From: Eledone cirrhosa
Lineage: Eukaryota
DNA: 64,000 nucleotides
Direction: 5' to 3'
Assembly (NCBI GenBank): GCA_964016885.1
Contig: OZ024742.1
Coordinates: 214,086,001 to 214,150,000 of the forward strand
Position 1 is the first letter of the stretch. Every line of letters begins with the position of its first letter. The translations under genes and the position numbers were made by a program. The notes under the pieces were generated by a model, which was not told the DNA's origin, did no database searches, and saw nothing but the letters and a program-made list of their open reading frames with translations. Shown piece after piece: positions 1 through 15,050 of this stretch.

Positions 1-484
1 TAAAACCTGCAGTTGATGATTACTGGTTATCTGGCTTAGGCTTGTCACCAGACACAGATCACTGAAACTTAGAGAGTGGTGCCCGTGTAGTACAAGTGTT
101 TGCCACTATAATCCAATGATGTACAGATGTCTCTTTTGTGATCTTCTCATCTGTCATTTTTACAGCTGTAAGTCCTATGGCTATGGAGGAGTGGCGACGT
201 GTGCAGACCTGACCAGTTGGAAGCATATAGTTGCAAATCTATACATAGGCGACAGGAGTCTTATCATAACATCGTCGTTATGTCTTTCTGTGACAAGGGT
301 TAACTCCGGTGGAGATACCTGTGTCTGGGTAGCCCTATCAGGGAGAGCACTGCTCACCCAAATTCTTGGGAAGGTGTTAGAAAAGGTGCATTGAAAATGC
401 CTGTCACATCAATGTTGGGTAGTTTAGTGCGGCTATCGTCTGTTCATTCAAGCAGGAAAAGAAAAAGTAAATTATAAAGTAAAC

Positions 485-517
<33 letters not shown>

Positions 518-593
518 TGTATGTATGTATGTATGTATGTATGTATGTATGTATGTATGTATGTATGTATGTATGCATGTTTGTATGTATGTA

Positions 594-1377
594 TGGAGAG
601 ATGACCCCTTAGCCTTTGTCACCGGGAGAGATGACCCCTTAGTCTTTGTCAAGGCAGAATTCCAGGAGAAGGAAAACTCAGATATAACACCTGCAACTCT
701 GATGGTATCCAATGATGTTGACTTGTTCTTCTTTTTGGTAAATATCATCTTGGTTAAGAGAGTGGGACTGGCTTTGTGCAGTGCCTTTGCTCACTATAAA
801 AGCTTCACGGCACAGGCATTGCTTTATATCTGGAGATCTCTCTGCACTTATCGTCACATGATACCATGGGCCTAGCACTATGTGTCAATAATTGTCACAA
901 GTGTAGTGTTTGTACCAGAGTTTTCAAGTCGCTGGCTGGACTAAAAGGTCACACTTGTTCAGCGCATCGGTAGGAGTTCTCCTACATGGATATAAAGTAG
1001 TGGCCGTACTCTAAAACGAGTTGGCAGCCACCATGTATGTATGTATGTATGTATGTATGTATGTATGTATGTATGTATGTATGTATGTATGTATGTATGT
1101 ATGTATGTATGTATGTATGTGCAGTGCCTTTGCTCACTATAAAAGCTTCACGGTACAGGCATTGCTTTATATCTGGAGATCTCTCTGCATTTGTCGTCAC
1201 ATGGTACCATGGGCCCAGCACTATGTGTCAATAATTGTCACAAGTGTAGTGTTTGTACCAGACTTTTCAAGTCGCTGGCTGGTCTAAAATGTCACACTCG
1301 TTCAGCGCATCGGTAGGGGTTCTCCTACATTGATATAAAGTATTGGCCGTACTCGAAAACGAGTTGGCAGCCACCAT
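594..1377 (+). mobile_element. Two 5'-truncated copies of the same (TATG)n-tailed element (594-1033, 1119-1377)
   Basis: Sequence identity with 1447-2053; copies are separated by (TATG)n. Confidence 0.8.
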
Positions 1378-1446
1378 GTATGTATGTATGTATGTATGTA
1401 TGTATGTATGTATGTATGTATGTATGTATGTATGTATGTATGTATG

Positions 1447-2053
1447 TCAGGTTACCAGTTGGTGCTACTGGTAACATGTATCCCAGTACAACCTGTCCCA
1501 TGGTCGCGTCGTTGGCGACTAAACTGGCAACCACACTAAGGTTTCTTGGTGAGGAGGGTGACTTTGGACATCCTGCAGGACTAAAAACAAAACCTGTCAA
1601 AGGGCAAAGGAGCTCTTAAGAGTCAATGGCCATCCAAAATCACCGGGAGAGATGATCCCTTAGCCTTTTCCAAGGCAGAATTCTAGGAGAAGGAAATCTC
1701 TGATATAACACCTGAAACCCTGATGGTATCCAATGATGTTGACTTGTTCTTCTTTTTGGTAAATATCATCTTGGTTAAGAGAGTGGGACTGGCTTTGTGC
1801 AGTGCCTTTGCTCACTATAAAAGCTTCATGGCACAGGCATTGCTTTGTATCTGGAGATCTCTTTGCACTTGTCGTCACATGGTACCATGGGCCCAGCACT
1901 GTGTCAATAATTGTCACAAGTGTAGCGTTTGTGCCAGAGTTTTCAAGTCGCTGGCTGGACTAAAAAGTCACACTCGTTCAGCGCATCGGTAGGGGTTCTC
2001 CTACATCGATATAAAGTAGTGGCCGTACTCGAAAACGAGTTGGCAGCCACCAT
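1447..2053 (+). mobile_element. ~605-bp non-autonomous RTE-like element with (TATG)n tail
   Basis: Ends in the C2H2 finger CSVCARVFKSLAGLKSHTRSAH*, a short UTR and a microsatellite tail. Same 5' end as the copies at 20492 and 49690. Confidence 0.75.
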
Positions 2054-3269
2054 TTTTTTTTTTTTTTTAAGTATCTATGTATGTATGTATGTATGTATGT
2101 ATGTATGTATGTATGTATGTATGTATGTATGCATGTATGTATGTATGTATGTTAGCATTAAGGCATCTGATTTAACAGAATTTATGTTTCAATGTTAGCT
2201 TTATTTCTTAGTAAATAAAACATCACAAACTAGATGCCAATGGAAAATACAAACAGCTGAGAAATGAAATAAGAGCTACATAAGAGTTTTACATAGTTAA
2301 GATAATTTCTCTTTTTCGTTTGGCAGAGGATTGGTTCGTCAGTTTTACATTTTTTGGTCCTTGATTTATTCGAGTAACTAAATCAGAAACATAAGGAATG
2401 AATAAGTTAACTCTAATTGATAGATAAAGACATAACTTTATTATATCTAATGATAAAATAAAACAAGATAGATCATGTTTTATTGTTACTAACTACAACA
2501 TTTGCATCAGGTTCCTTTTGCTTTATCTCAATATATGTATTTACACACACTGCCTTACACCTACGTCTTTCTATATATGTATATGTTAACCTCCAACATC
2601 GCAGACTGAATGCATACTTACTTTGCCTAAAAATAACTTTTTTCATTTTTTTCCTCTTCTCACTCTCCTCTATTTTTCTGTTTCATCTTCTAACGAAACG
2701 TCAAGACTCTTTTCCTACTATAAGCGTTAAATCACCAAGTCCGACGAACAGTTGCATGCCGGAGTAGGGTCCATAGCTTTCATAGTCGACCTTGAGTCAA
2801 ACATCTGTGAAACGTATGTAAGACGCCGGTAATCTATAAAAACATATAAATGAAGCTTAAAAAAATAGATAATACGTTTGTGAGAGCTGTTAGGTTTCAT
2901 TTATTTGAGTGCTTAAATAATAATAAAAAAAACTACGCACATTTACGTGCCCATTAGGCACCTCTAGTATCTCGTAGGAAGAAGTGAAGCCAACATGCAC
3001 AATAACTACTTGAAGGATATTAATTAAGAGAAAATTCACAGTTTTGTGTAATTATTTATGGCAGCTAAAAGAGAGCAACACCAAGAATGAAATACAATAG
3101 AAGACATAAATGTAAGAAAGACCACAGAGAAACAACACAGTAATTTCAATAATCGACAATAGAAAAGTGCATCAGAAAATAATAAAACAACTAATAAATT
3201 TAATTTTGTTTTGAAAATTGCCACAACATTGACTGTTTCAGTCGAAATATTTCAAGTCATCATTTCCAG

Positions 3270-3605
3270 CAGATTACACAAGTGTGAATGGCCTAGCCTT
3301 ATATCTGAGGGTCGGGGGTCATGGACCAGCACTGTCGATTTTTCCAGTCTCTTGCCATTGCCGTACATTTCGCCAAACTCCTTCCTGTCCATTCCTTAAT
3401 AAAATCTGTCCACTTCCTTTTTTGTCGTCCTCGGGTATTTTTCACTTGTATTCGTCCCTCAAAGATGTAGGTAGTCGAATTTTGGGCCCTGATGACATGA
3501 CCAAAATACTGCAGTTTCCTTTTCCTTACTGTTTCAGTCAACTATTGATTGGCACCACTCTCTTCCAGAACAGATTCATTCATTTGTTCTATGAGCTGTT
3601 CAGCT
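3270..3605 (-). mobile_element. RTE-clade LINE 3' fragment
   Basis: RKLQYFGHVIR...IFEGRIQVKNTRGRQKRKWTDFI...ARDWKNR. Confidence 0.75.
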
Positions 3606-4238
3606 AAGTCTAAATAAAAGCAACCAATTTGTTTGCATGGTTTATTACTTTCATCCCACAATGTCACGAGTAGCATGGGCTAGTATATTCATAGATCCCA
3701 ACATCTCACATATACCTCACTTCCTTTATCTAAGTTAAATATTTATTAGATCGATCATTATCTATTAGGCATCACCGCTTATATTCCTGTAAATAATAAC
3801 CTCCATTTTGATTACCATACATTATTAGGTTTAGTAAATATGTCGACAGGGACGAATGAAACAATCAATATACATAGAAGTGAATTATCTCCCATGCAGG
3901 ATGTTGCTCAGGATAGGAAGTACCCATTTCCGACGAGGCTGCGTGACAAACCATCTAAAACATTTTGTCATCTGATCCTCCACTCATATACACGTACACA
4001 AATGCACACACACGATGAAGTAAATATAACTAAATCAAAGGGATGAGGAGACAAATTTGAACAAAAATAATCATTGAAAAATGTACAGAATTTAGGATGA
4101 AAGAAGTTTGACAAACGAATAATCACCCATTTAATAAACTCACTGAGAAATGGATTAGTTTTCTTGATTAATGATAAAAACAATGCGAATCTGAAAAGGG
4201 ACGTGTGTTTTTATTAGCAGCATGACCTCTGAAAATAT

Positions 4239-4336
4239 AACTGTTTCTACTTTAGGCACAAGGCCAGCAATTACCCAGTGCATTACTGGTAGTTTATTTT
4301 ATCGACCCCGTAAGGATGAAAGGCAAAGTCAACCTC
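4239..4336 (-). mobile_element. SINE 3' fragment
   Basis: Reverse complement of the SINE core and tail. More diverged copies at ~6370-6540, 10040-10095, 16930-17095 and 53860-53960. Confidence 0.75.
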
Positions 4337-4407
4337 TCAAAATATAACAATATCTGTTTTGACACACAAGTTTCCCATTAAAAAATTTAAGCAAATGCAA
4401 AAATGAA

Positions 4408-4517
<110 letters not shown>

Positions 4518-4592
4518 CTATCTATATCTATAACTATCTATATCTATCTCTCTATATATATATATATGTATATATATATGTGTGTGTGTGAA

Positions 4593-4623
<31 letters not shown>

Positions 4624-6577
4624 TGTGTGTATGTGTGTCTGTTTGTGTGTGCTTCCGTAGAATTTTCGTGTAGCTAATTTCTCTCATGAGGTGCTTCTCA
4701 ATTCTGGGCTACATTACACGAAACGTCCTGAATCAATTTCTCATCTATACAGCAGCTGGTGTTGATTGGACCTATATATATATATAAACAAAGAATCAAT
4801 GTGAGAAACTGAAGATAGATGTAACTTCAAAATTGTGTTCAATGGGAAAAAATAAGTTTTACGAAAATATATTCTAACACGAAAAATCTGTGAAATATTC
4901 GACCCATACATTCAAACAGAAATTTCCAAATTAGTAACAAAAAAAATCAAGCAAACAAAAACAAATCAAAAAAGACAACTAAAACAAAAACAAAAAAGAA
5001 CAAAAATAAAACAATAAAACACAAAAAACAAACAAACTATTAACAAAATATGAATAGCAAATCGAACCTTAAATATTTCAGATAACAGAAACCTTTAAAA
5101 TATATACATCGTTGCTAGATTGTAGAAAGGATACAGCAACGTGTAAAATACCTGGTAGCATTTATTTAAGTTCCTTTACCACCTGATTTCAATCCTCAAT
5201 CATGTGTTCTAGTATAACAGTTTAAATAAAACTTCTATAGAGAAAGCTAGCAATAATATTTACTTTATCCGTAAAAGGATGATTTTATAGAAGTTAAAAC
5301 TATAGAAGAATAGTATAAAAATAATGATGACACGCTATTAACATAAAAAAGAAGCCATTTATATATAAAGTTAAATAACAATGAATTAGATAATTAATAT
5401 GAAAGTCCTTACTCTTGTACACATACACAGAGACATACACACGCACACACAGACACACAGACACACAAACACACACACACCCACATACATATATATATAT
5501 ATATATATACACACAGGGGATTCCTAAACTACGTACAAATCAAATAAAAACTAAATTCAAAATGTCAACTACAACAAGCTATCGAGAACTTCGCTATTAG
5601 GAAAATAAATAATCGAGACTGAAAATATAAAAGAAGGTAAATATTTCTCTACGATGAATAGATGCTGGACTATTAACAAACACACACACAAAGCATACAC
5701 GATGAGTCATAGTGGAAAATTATGATTTTACGAAACTTCAAACAAAAACACGCAACACAATTTAATGGTGAAAATTGTAGTAATTAATAAGAATTAATAT
5801 TATAATGAATTCAAAAGAAATTTACGTTGACTCAGTCTCAATAAAATTATAAATGCTATGAATTTATTAAAACATTATGTATGTGATAAATTAGATGAAT
5901 AATGTTTCTGCAAAATTCAAACTTCCGGTAAGACTACGACTTAGCCATTCTTAAAATCAATTTCCATAATAACTGGTTACAAATTGTTTACATATAAATC
6001 TATGATATCAGTTTCGGAATAATATTTGAATATTTCCGTAAATATTTTAAGATGAAATAAAAATGTACTAATTTTATGTGGAAGAAATGTCATACCTTAT
6101 GGCTAAAATGATGTGCTGAATATTTTCTGCAACAAAACATTAATTTACCGTAGGTATGAAGAAACGTTATTACTTTAAATATATGAAATGAAGGGCCATT
6201 ATGAAAATGGTAAAATTTGAAAGAAAATTTCGTATTAAAATATTTAAGTATTAAAAACCCTAATAAATATAATTAATATAAATAAAGAACGACATTACGA
6301 AAAACCTAGATACATAACACACAAGCTTAAAAACAAATAAAGGGTTACTCATATATAAGAAATTGATGATTTCTACTATAGGCACAAGATCAGAAATTCG
6401 GTGGAAGGGGAAAGTCTATTAAATCGAAAACCAATGTATTACTGGTGCTTTATTTTATCGACCCTGGAAGAATGACAATCAAAGCTAACCTCTGAACACA
6501 GAAAGTAAAGGGACGTAAAAGGTCATAACTCTATGCTACAAAGCTAGCTGACGTTGAACTATATATATATATATATA

Positions 6578-6822
6578 TTAGAATTGGTGCTCTGAAATAG
6601 CGATATATACTTGAATGTATATATAGTATAATTGGCAATAAACTGTATGCTTAATTAAAAGCATTTTGAAGACCTTCCGGTATTGTTTTAAAGTAGTGAC
6701 TATGTTACTTACTTCTTTTTTCAACAAAGGGAGAAAGCTGACAGATCTGTTTCATACCGTTCGTAATCATCAGAGCTTAGCATTCGCCTTGTCTGTTGAA
6801 AATGATAAATGTTGGATTCTTA

Positions 6823-6853
<31 letters not shown>

Positions 6854-7547
6854 TAATAGAATATAAAAGAAAAACGAACACAGTTTATGTATATTAGAGC
6901 TATATTGTTGTAAGAGACTATTTTGAGTTCCTAACTCAATATATACCTTTGATATATATATAAAAATTAGAATTGGTGCTCTGAAATAGCGATATATATA
7001 TGAATGTATATATAGTGTATTTTACAATACATTGTATGCTTAATTAAAAGCATTTCGAAGACCGTATGCTATTTTTTTAGAGTAGTGACAGACTCACTTA
7101 CTTTAATTTTCAGCAAACAGGAGAGATAAAGCTGACAGGGCCATGTTTCGCATTTATTGATACTTATCAAAGCCAACTACTCGTCCTGTTTGCTGAAATC
7201 ATGGATATTTGGTTCTAGTAAATAATCAGGAACTGATTATACAGAGCGGTTGCCGGTCAAGCAGAAATTGAAAATTATAATTGGTATTCTGAAATAGCTA
7301 TATATATATGAATATAGTGTATTTTGCAATACAAAAGAACCAAACATACATGATTTCAGCAAACAGGAGGAGTAGTTGGCTTTGATAACCATCAATAAAT
7401 GCGAAACAAGGCCTTGTCAGCTTTATCTCTCCTGTTTGCTGAAAATTAAAGTAAGTGAGTCTGTCACTACTCTAAAACAATAGCATAAGGTCTTCGAAAT
7501 GCTTTTAATTAGGCATACGGTGTTTTGCAAAATAAACTATATATAAA

Positions 7548-7550
<3 letters not shown>
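6578..7550. repeat. Nested direct and inverted copies of a pLTR-like repeat
   Basis: ttagaattggtgctctgaaatagc at 6578, 6967 and (diverged) ~7279. 7331-7550 is inverted relative to ~6995-7215. Confidence 0.7.
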
Positions 7551-7582
<32 letters not shown>

Positions 7583-10201
7583 AAGTAATTTACACGTATA
7601 TATATATATATATATACGTGTAAATTATAACATTCTATCAGTAAGTATACCACCTCTTTATATATTAGAGGTAGTGTTATTTTGGAGGGTTCACTTTTAA
7701 GAGAATAAGACAATATGATGAAATCTAGCCGATGTTTTTCGTATAGAGGCTATCTAGACTTTTTGTTGACCACATTGGTCTCAGTGATTTTCGTATTTAT
7801 TCCTCAAAATGATTTGTAGGTCTTGCTATTTTTGTGTAGATACGATGTGAGTATAGCAGTACCGTATATGTATTTGCTTGCTCGAAGTCTTTATGTTTTG
7901 TTTTTATAATTTTGATATTTGGGTGTGTCTGGGTTTTGAATTTATTTGTACGTTTTAACACATTCGCTGTTTTATGTCTGTTTGTATACGTGCGTGTATC
8001 AAATTGTTGTATGCCTTGCTAATGCGTTTTGGTTATTATGTATGTGTTTCATTTCTGTTGTATACATGCATACATACATATATACAGACATATATACACC
8101 TAATCACACTCGCATATAATCATACGTGTTTTTATTATCAATAAATTTCTCTATTTAAAATAGAATTCTAGAGCACTTCTATATAAAGTTTGGCACTAAC
8201 AAAGATAAATTTTGATATTTTTGGAGATTTCCAATATGCTACAGTTTATGTCAATTAGCATATTTTATAGCGCAATTGATATGTTTAGTTTCACTGACGA
8301 AGTGGGATCTGAAATTAATGCACAATTTCTTAGGTATCTTGGAATGAAGATTCGAACTAACGGAAGAAAATAGTTGTGAACGATCGCAAAACGACCGTCC
8401 TGATCATTCAGCCATGCCTGCATGGGACGTTCAATTATGCCTTAGACACAATCGTATTTCAGTGCCAGCATTAGAGATAGGATACGAAGGCCAGCCACTG
8501 AAAAAATGCCCATTCATAAGATATGAACTCACACACAATTGATCTAGTCATCTGTACTTTCACATGAGATTAGGAATATTATTGGAATAAATAAATAACA
8601 AACCGAATAAAAACTTCAAATAGGATTCGAACTAGCTGTTTTATCAGTCCACGCCCGATATAATCCAATGACGCATTCAACGTAAATGGTAATTGAATTT
8701 TCAGCCTCGACATTAATAAATCTCTGATCTAGATGAATGAATGAATTTTTGCGATGTTAAATACTAATATTTAATGAACTTCTGAAAAAACAAAACAAAA
8801 AAAAAAATAAAGAAAAGGAAAGTTGAATCAACCTCTTGCAAATTTTTCATCCTTAATTAAATATTGATTACTTCTATTTTTAACTCATCAATGTAAATAG
8901 AGCAATTTTTTCTAAAACAACAACAACAATAATAATAGTAAAAATGATAATAACAATAATAATTATAGTAATTGTTTCACAAACACCAGATGCTTTTTTT
9001 TTGTTTCTTCCCCAAAAGACAAATGTTTAATCATATGTTTATTGTAGCAAGACACTAATTTTAAATCCTTTGTTATATCTCTGTAGGTGTATTTAACTAT
9101 GTAAACGAAAAAACCAAAAAAAAAAAAAAAACCCCACAAATAAATAGGACTCAACAAAATGAAATATAGAAGGTACTAGCATATTAATATCTACTAAAAT
9201 AATGTACGCCAAGAAGGCGACTATCCAATTAATTACTTCACAAAATTGTCAACTATATTGCGAAACGATTGCTTTTGATGTTCAGAAGTAAAAATTCAAA
9301 TTTAATAGAAAAAACAGCCTTGGTTGACTCAAAAGGAAAAGATTAAGAAACAAAATCGCTGTTTATTGATGTATATTCGGAAAATTCATTTGTTGATTAT
9401 TAAAATAAAAAGGAAAAAAAAAGTAAATGATGAAAATGAAAAAAAAAAAAACATGACGCTATAAAGTTTGTTTTATAAGAAAGAGTATATTAGCGTAATG
9501 AAAATTTTAATGAGTTATTCTAGAGTAGAAAATCAGTGAGCTTAGGTTATTGTGTTTACATTTAAAATAAATTGGATGTTCTTATAGCTAGGTTAAACAT
9601 AAATATTGAGGTGTATTAGTTGCTAGGGAGTAAAGAAATATCTTATTTACAAAGTCTTTCACTGGGAAGGGCTGATCTAGTTTGTCAATCTTTTCTCACT
9701 TAGACAGCAAGTTGTTTTCAAATGCGTTTCAACCGCGTTTAATTTAATCTTTTGTATAACAAGAACTGTATTATCTAATCTCCACTTTTTAAGAACAGGA
9801 AGTTGTCGTTAGACATGCAAGGTAATTCGCAACAAATAACGCCCACTATAGGGGAATTTCATAAAAAAGATAGATTCTGTGATGGTAATGCCTTTCTAAT
9901 TGAGAATCGCAAACAACTCTAACATATCTTGGATATCTCTCTATTTAAATATCTAAATAAAAATAATCCTACAAATTATTATGACTTCTTATATAATTCT
10001 TATAAAACTACCTCAAATTTGCTGCATATCAACGTAAGCACTTGAGTGGTACCTTATTTCATCTACTCTGAAAGGATGAAAGGTAATGTTGACCTAACAA
10101 ATTCTCTGAACAGATATTACTAGTTAATAACGCAGTTGCTATTTGGGAAAATATAGAATTTATTCTGTCTCATTTTGTATCATTATTACATTACATAAAA
10201 C

Positions 10202-10600
10202 GGGCGGTGAATTGGCAATATCGGTAGAGGGTCGGACGCCATGCTTTCCAGCATAGTTACGTCCCTTTACGATTTGAGTTCAAATCCCGCCGAGGTTGAC
10301 TTTGCCTTTCATCCTTACGGGGTCGATAAAATAAAGTACCAGTAATGCACTGGGTAATTGCTGGCCTTGTGCCTAAAGTAGAAACAATTATTACATTACA
10401 TAAAACGGGCGGTGAATTGACAGTATCGGTAGAGGGTCGGACGCCATGCTTTCCAGCATAGTTACGTCCCTTTAAGATCTGAGTTCAAATCCCGCCGAGG
10501 TTGACTTTGCCTTTCATCGTTACGGGGTCGATAAAATAAAGTACCAGTAATGTACTGGGTAATTGCTGGCCTTGTGCCAAAAAGTAGAAACAATTATTAC
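10202..10600 (+). mobile_element. Two tandem tRNA-derived SINEs (period ~205 bp)
   Basis: A-box-like tggcaatatcggtag, B-box gagttcaaatccc and core gcctttcatccttacggggtcgataaaataaagtacc. Confidence 0.85.
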
Positions 10601-11229
10601 ATTACATAAAGATTTGCTAAAGACATATTCCTGCGAACATTATCTGTTTAATTTTCCTAAGGGTCTTCCTTTCACTGAATATTTGTTTAAATGAAAGTAA
10701 AATATGTCATGCATATTACTTTGTTTAATTCACAAGGTTTGTAAACACTCTGAAAATAGCCTCATTCGAAGTGAAAAGAAATATTACTACATGTTACGTT
10801 ATACGATATTACATATAGCAATGCTATATTTTGATACTATATTTTTATATTACGATAAAATTTCATTTCGGCTGAATACAATATGCAATAGAATGTTCTT
10901 CATATGAGTTCGTTCACAGCATGATATGGTATATTAGAATATATGGCTTTCGATTTATACTGTCTCATTTTGAACTATATATTCAGAACCTCGATTGCCA
11001 TTTACCACCCAAATAGCAGCATGCTGTAATAAAAACTAGCCATGAAATGCATAGGTATTCTAGGAGAGTGGTCACATTCATTTCTATGTGTTGACATTTA
11101 CCATCTTCCTGTTTTTGCTGCACATTCTCTTATATTATTAATGTTTCCGTGATAGATAATTATCGTGATCGTAAAATACCGGACAAAAGGCCGTGTGATA
11201 TTTAATTCCGTACTTTTACGTTCTCAATT

Positions 11230-13130
11230 CTGTATATTCTGCACCTTCGTTTGATACATTCCTTCATTTTTTGAATGAGTAGTTTCTAATTGGAAGGCAC
11301 AGCTTATTTTTACTAATTTCTTCAGGGATAAAATTCTTCTAGTTTATTTATATCTGTTATGTCATCAATTATCCGTGTAAGATCCTTTCATAAAGATACA
11401 TTGCCACTAGGTTTTCAGCCAAAATCTTTAGTTCAGATTTTAATTTTTGAAATAAAGTTTTTTGCAATTTTTCCAAGCTTTTCATATATCTTAGCTCATG
11501 CTTTATCTTTTTTGGTTTCATTGTAGACATAAAACAATTCCCTTTGATTTGGTCGTATTTTGCTTGCAGCTATTAGTATTAGATTCGATTTATATTTTAC
11601 TAAATATTTATGTAGTCATATGGTAGGCATTTTATAATAATTTTCTCGGTCTAGAAGACCACTATTTCCCAGTATTTTTGTTAAATATCATCTCCTTTCT
11701 CAGATTTTGGTTGGCGTAATCTAAATGCAGTCATTATTTTTTCCTGTTTCCCTGTCTACTCTTCTAATTCGCGTAGCCTCTGGCTGGAAATATGAGAACC
11801 ATAAATTATTACTAGAACAGCTACAGGATTGTTGCCTATTATCGTAATTTTGGCATTTAGATTTGTTTTAACTATTTATATATTGTGTCTATAATGCTCC
11901 CTTGAAAGTGATTTCTTATTTATATTTCGTATATTTTGTCTAGTCCATTAATTCCCCAGAAAGACTATGTTTGCTCTAACACTCTTCTGTTTTTTCGGTA
12001 AATTTCGCTCTTTTCCAAGTTGATTTGGCGCAAGTATATAAATCGGATTTCGTATGTGCCAGATGTCTTAAAATAATTGCTTGTGTATCACCTCTGTTGC
12101 GTCAATTAATAATATTATTATTGTGCTCAATAAATAAGTTATTATTATTTCTTCAACAGTTCCATGCGAGTTTTCTTTACAACACCCGGTGCATCTATGT
12201 GTCCTTGTGGTGTGTGCAACATCGTGTAGTCATATTTTTGGAGAAAGGCATTGGCTCTTCCTGCAAGTGTTCTACATCAGTCTTGTTTTGCTATTTGCTA
12301 TAGCCTGTTGAGTCTTATGATATTCTAATGTTTCCTATGGCGTGTATGGTATGCGTAATGTACATTTTGCTATTTTAACAGTATAATAATTAGACTTCTA
12401 CGTATGTGACGCGTGTGGAAGAAGGCTAAAAAAAAGAGAGAACATTCTGATGGAGTGGGTAATAGTAATGATATGAAGATGAAAGAATGTGAAGTATTTT
12501 AAAGGTTGGTGGTAGTATCGGTATGAGGTAAAATAAGGAGAACTTAAAACAGAAAGTAGTAACTTTATGAGTCAGAAGAAAGAGAAGGCCATTTATTTAT
12601 GTTTTGAAAGAAAGGGGAAGTAGTAAAGCTAAGAGCCAGAAGAATGTGATGGCCATATATTTTCAGAGTTTGAATGCCTGAAAAGCATTCTAAATGGAAT
12701 GTTACTTGTTTTCGGGTTTCGTCTTTCTAATTTACCTATCAAGCAATTGAAAACACTATATATATAACGCTCAACTGGAACAGTTAAGGTATTAATGCCT
12801 ATTACGTTAATTTGTTATTTCATTTGTCCTATCATTTTTTTTATATAACATGTTAGTCTAATTAATTTTCGTCCAACCAAATCTTTCTAGCTTTTGCCAC
12901 CCATCATTTTCATCGGTAAATCTACTTAATGTCTGTAGTGCTGTTTTTAGTGGCTTATCATCTGCAGCGTAAGTCTTCTATTATAACGTTTGGATGACTG
13001 TGCTTTTATATCTGATGTAGGTGAGTCCTGTTTGGCTTAGAATGTTGGATGAGCATGTTCGCGTCAAACAGTAAACTGATTGGAGAGAGTGAATATTTTG
13101 AGTAATATTCCTCATCAAATAGACATATAT
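11230..13130 (-). mobile_element. Ancient LINE remnant
   Basis: Minus-strand YAADD-like RT remnant near 12960; otherwise heavily decayed. Confidence 0.3.
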
Positions 13131-13199
13131 ATTAGGTTTCATAAATCCATCATTTCCTATTTACTCATAATATATCTTATATATCTGATCAACAAGAAC

Positions 13200-13690
13200 A
13201 AGGAAGTACTAATATCAAAAGGAGTTTCCTATCATTTGAAGGCTAAGATCTTCGATACTTACATCCTACCAGTTGTGTTATATGGTCTTGAATGCGTTAA
13301 TTAGCCGACAGGGTCACTTCAGAAGCTCTCTACATTCCAGAACCACATCACGAGACGTACGACTGGCAAGCGGCTCAACGACTGTACCTGTATCAGTGAG
13401 CTGTTCAACATTACCAAACTTAAACCAATTACATCAATTGTCAAGTATTGAAACTATATGGTCATATAAAAAGATCACCTCGTGGTGTGAGTAGGTTATG
13501 CCTGGAAGGAAGGTTGGCTGGTAAGAGAAGCAGAGGCCGGCAGTCAAAACGATGGTTTGATAATGACAGCTTAATGGACTGGACTTGATCTTTGCTCTTT
13601 AAACTCTACTGTTGGTGATAGAACTTTGTGGAGAAAAATATCTCATGTTGATGCGCAGTCTGCAACCAGCGGAGTTTAGCGTCAAAGAAG
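13200..13690 (+). mobile_element. RTE-clade LINE 3' fragment
   Basis: KAKIFDTYILPVVLYGLEC, and downstream LEGRLAGKRSRGR in a shifted frame. Confidence 0.7.
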
Positions 13691-14862
13691 ATCTGCGCAA
13701 TATTGATGTTACTCTACGTATACTTAATCTTCCTTGAATCCACTTATGGAAACACTCCCAATACCTTTGTTGTAATCACTTCATGCTATGATTTTACCGT
13801 CTTCAGTTATTGCTTTATTGACCAGTAACCCATCTCTGAAGTTATATGTGTATTCATGGTATTTGTTCTTTTTTCTGGAAAATAATTGTTTATTTCACAT
13901 GTTTATTTATTCACAGAGATATTATTTCCGGTATGGTTTTCAAGCAGGAGTGTAGCAGCTTATAGGTTTGTAGTTTTTAAGTTTTATACGTTTTTAATCT
14001 TTGGGATTAAGATGGTTTTCTTTTCAGTGAAGATTTCAAGTCTTGTTATCGGCACTTTCAGTATGTTTTAAAATAGTTTTGCCTGAACTTTGACCAGCAT
14101 AATTCAACTAGAAGTTTGTGATGTTATTATTTCTAAGTTTCGTAAAGGGCCGCAACCATATGCTGCAGAGCATGTTGCCGGACGCTTTATTGACACTGCC
14201 AATACCCCACTCTTTTCCCAAATAATAATGTTCAATTTTGGTCAAATTGGAGAAATCAATATTACTGAACTAAAATATATAATTACAGGTAATATCAGTA
14301 TCATACGATGTCAATTGACTTCACAAAACAAGAACAATTGTTTTACTTTAATTATCTATTCTTTACTTTCCATTAAAATTAACATGATTTTCCAGAAGAG
14401 AAACTGAGATAATGGTAAAAGTTAAAACACACTAAATAAAACTGTTTTAAAGAATAATCATAATATTTGTATTGTTTGTTTAACTTTTCTCGATAATCTT
14501 TGTTTTATTTTCTGTTTCGCATTGTTTTGGTTTGTAAAGATTTAGAAATTTTCTTATCTTTGTTGGTTACAAATATTTAGAATCACTGAACAGACCTGTT
14601 ATTTAAGAAAAGACAACAACATTGCTATTTAATTTCACTTAAATATAGTTTACATGATAAGATAGGTTCACTAAGTATAATTTGCTAGATCTTAGATGAT
14701 TAACAAACTGGTATTAAGAGTGCGAGTACTTTTGAAGATTGTAATGAATGGAAATAATAAAATTGATGCAGTACACTCAAATTAATAGTTAGAATGAGAT
14801 GCATGATAGAAATGGTTAAGTGCAAGACAAAAAGTCCTCCGTTATTTAACCATACCTAGAAG

Positions 14863-15050
14863 CGCGGTGGATTGGCAGTATTGGTAGAGGGTCGGACGCC
14901 ATGATTTGACGCATAGAGTTACGGCCCTTGCCATTCTGAGTTCAAATCCGGCCGAGGTTAACATTACCTTTCATCCTTACGGGGTCGATAAAATAAAGTA
15001 CCAGTAATACAGTGGTAAATTGCTGGCCTTGTGCCTAACGTAGAAAAAGT
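14863..15050 (+). mobile_element. tRNA-derived SINE, same family
   Basis: Same head, B-box and core as 10202. Confidence 0.85.

Noticed and set aside
1723-1992. Host C2H2 zinc-finger gene
   Set aside because: Single finger at the 3' end of a multi-copy retroposon; the frame is broken in other copies.
6640-6735. Possible HHR in the 6578-7550 repeat family (GAAA-tgctt-ttaatt-aagca-TA)
   Set aside because: The stem III half is present, but the core strand and stem I are unconvincing.
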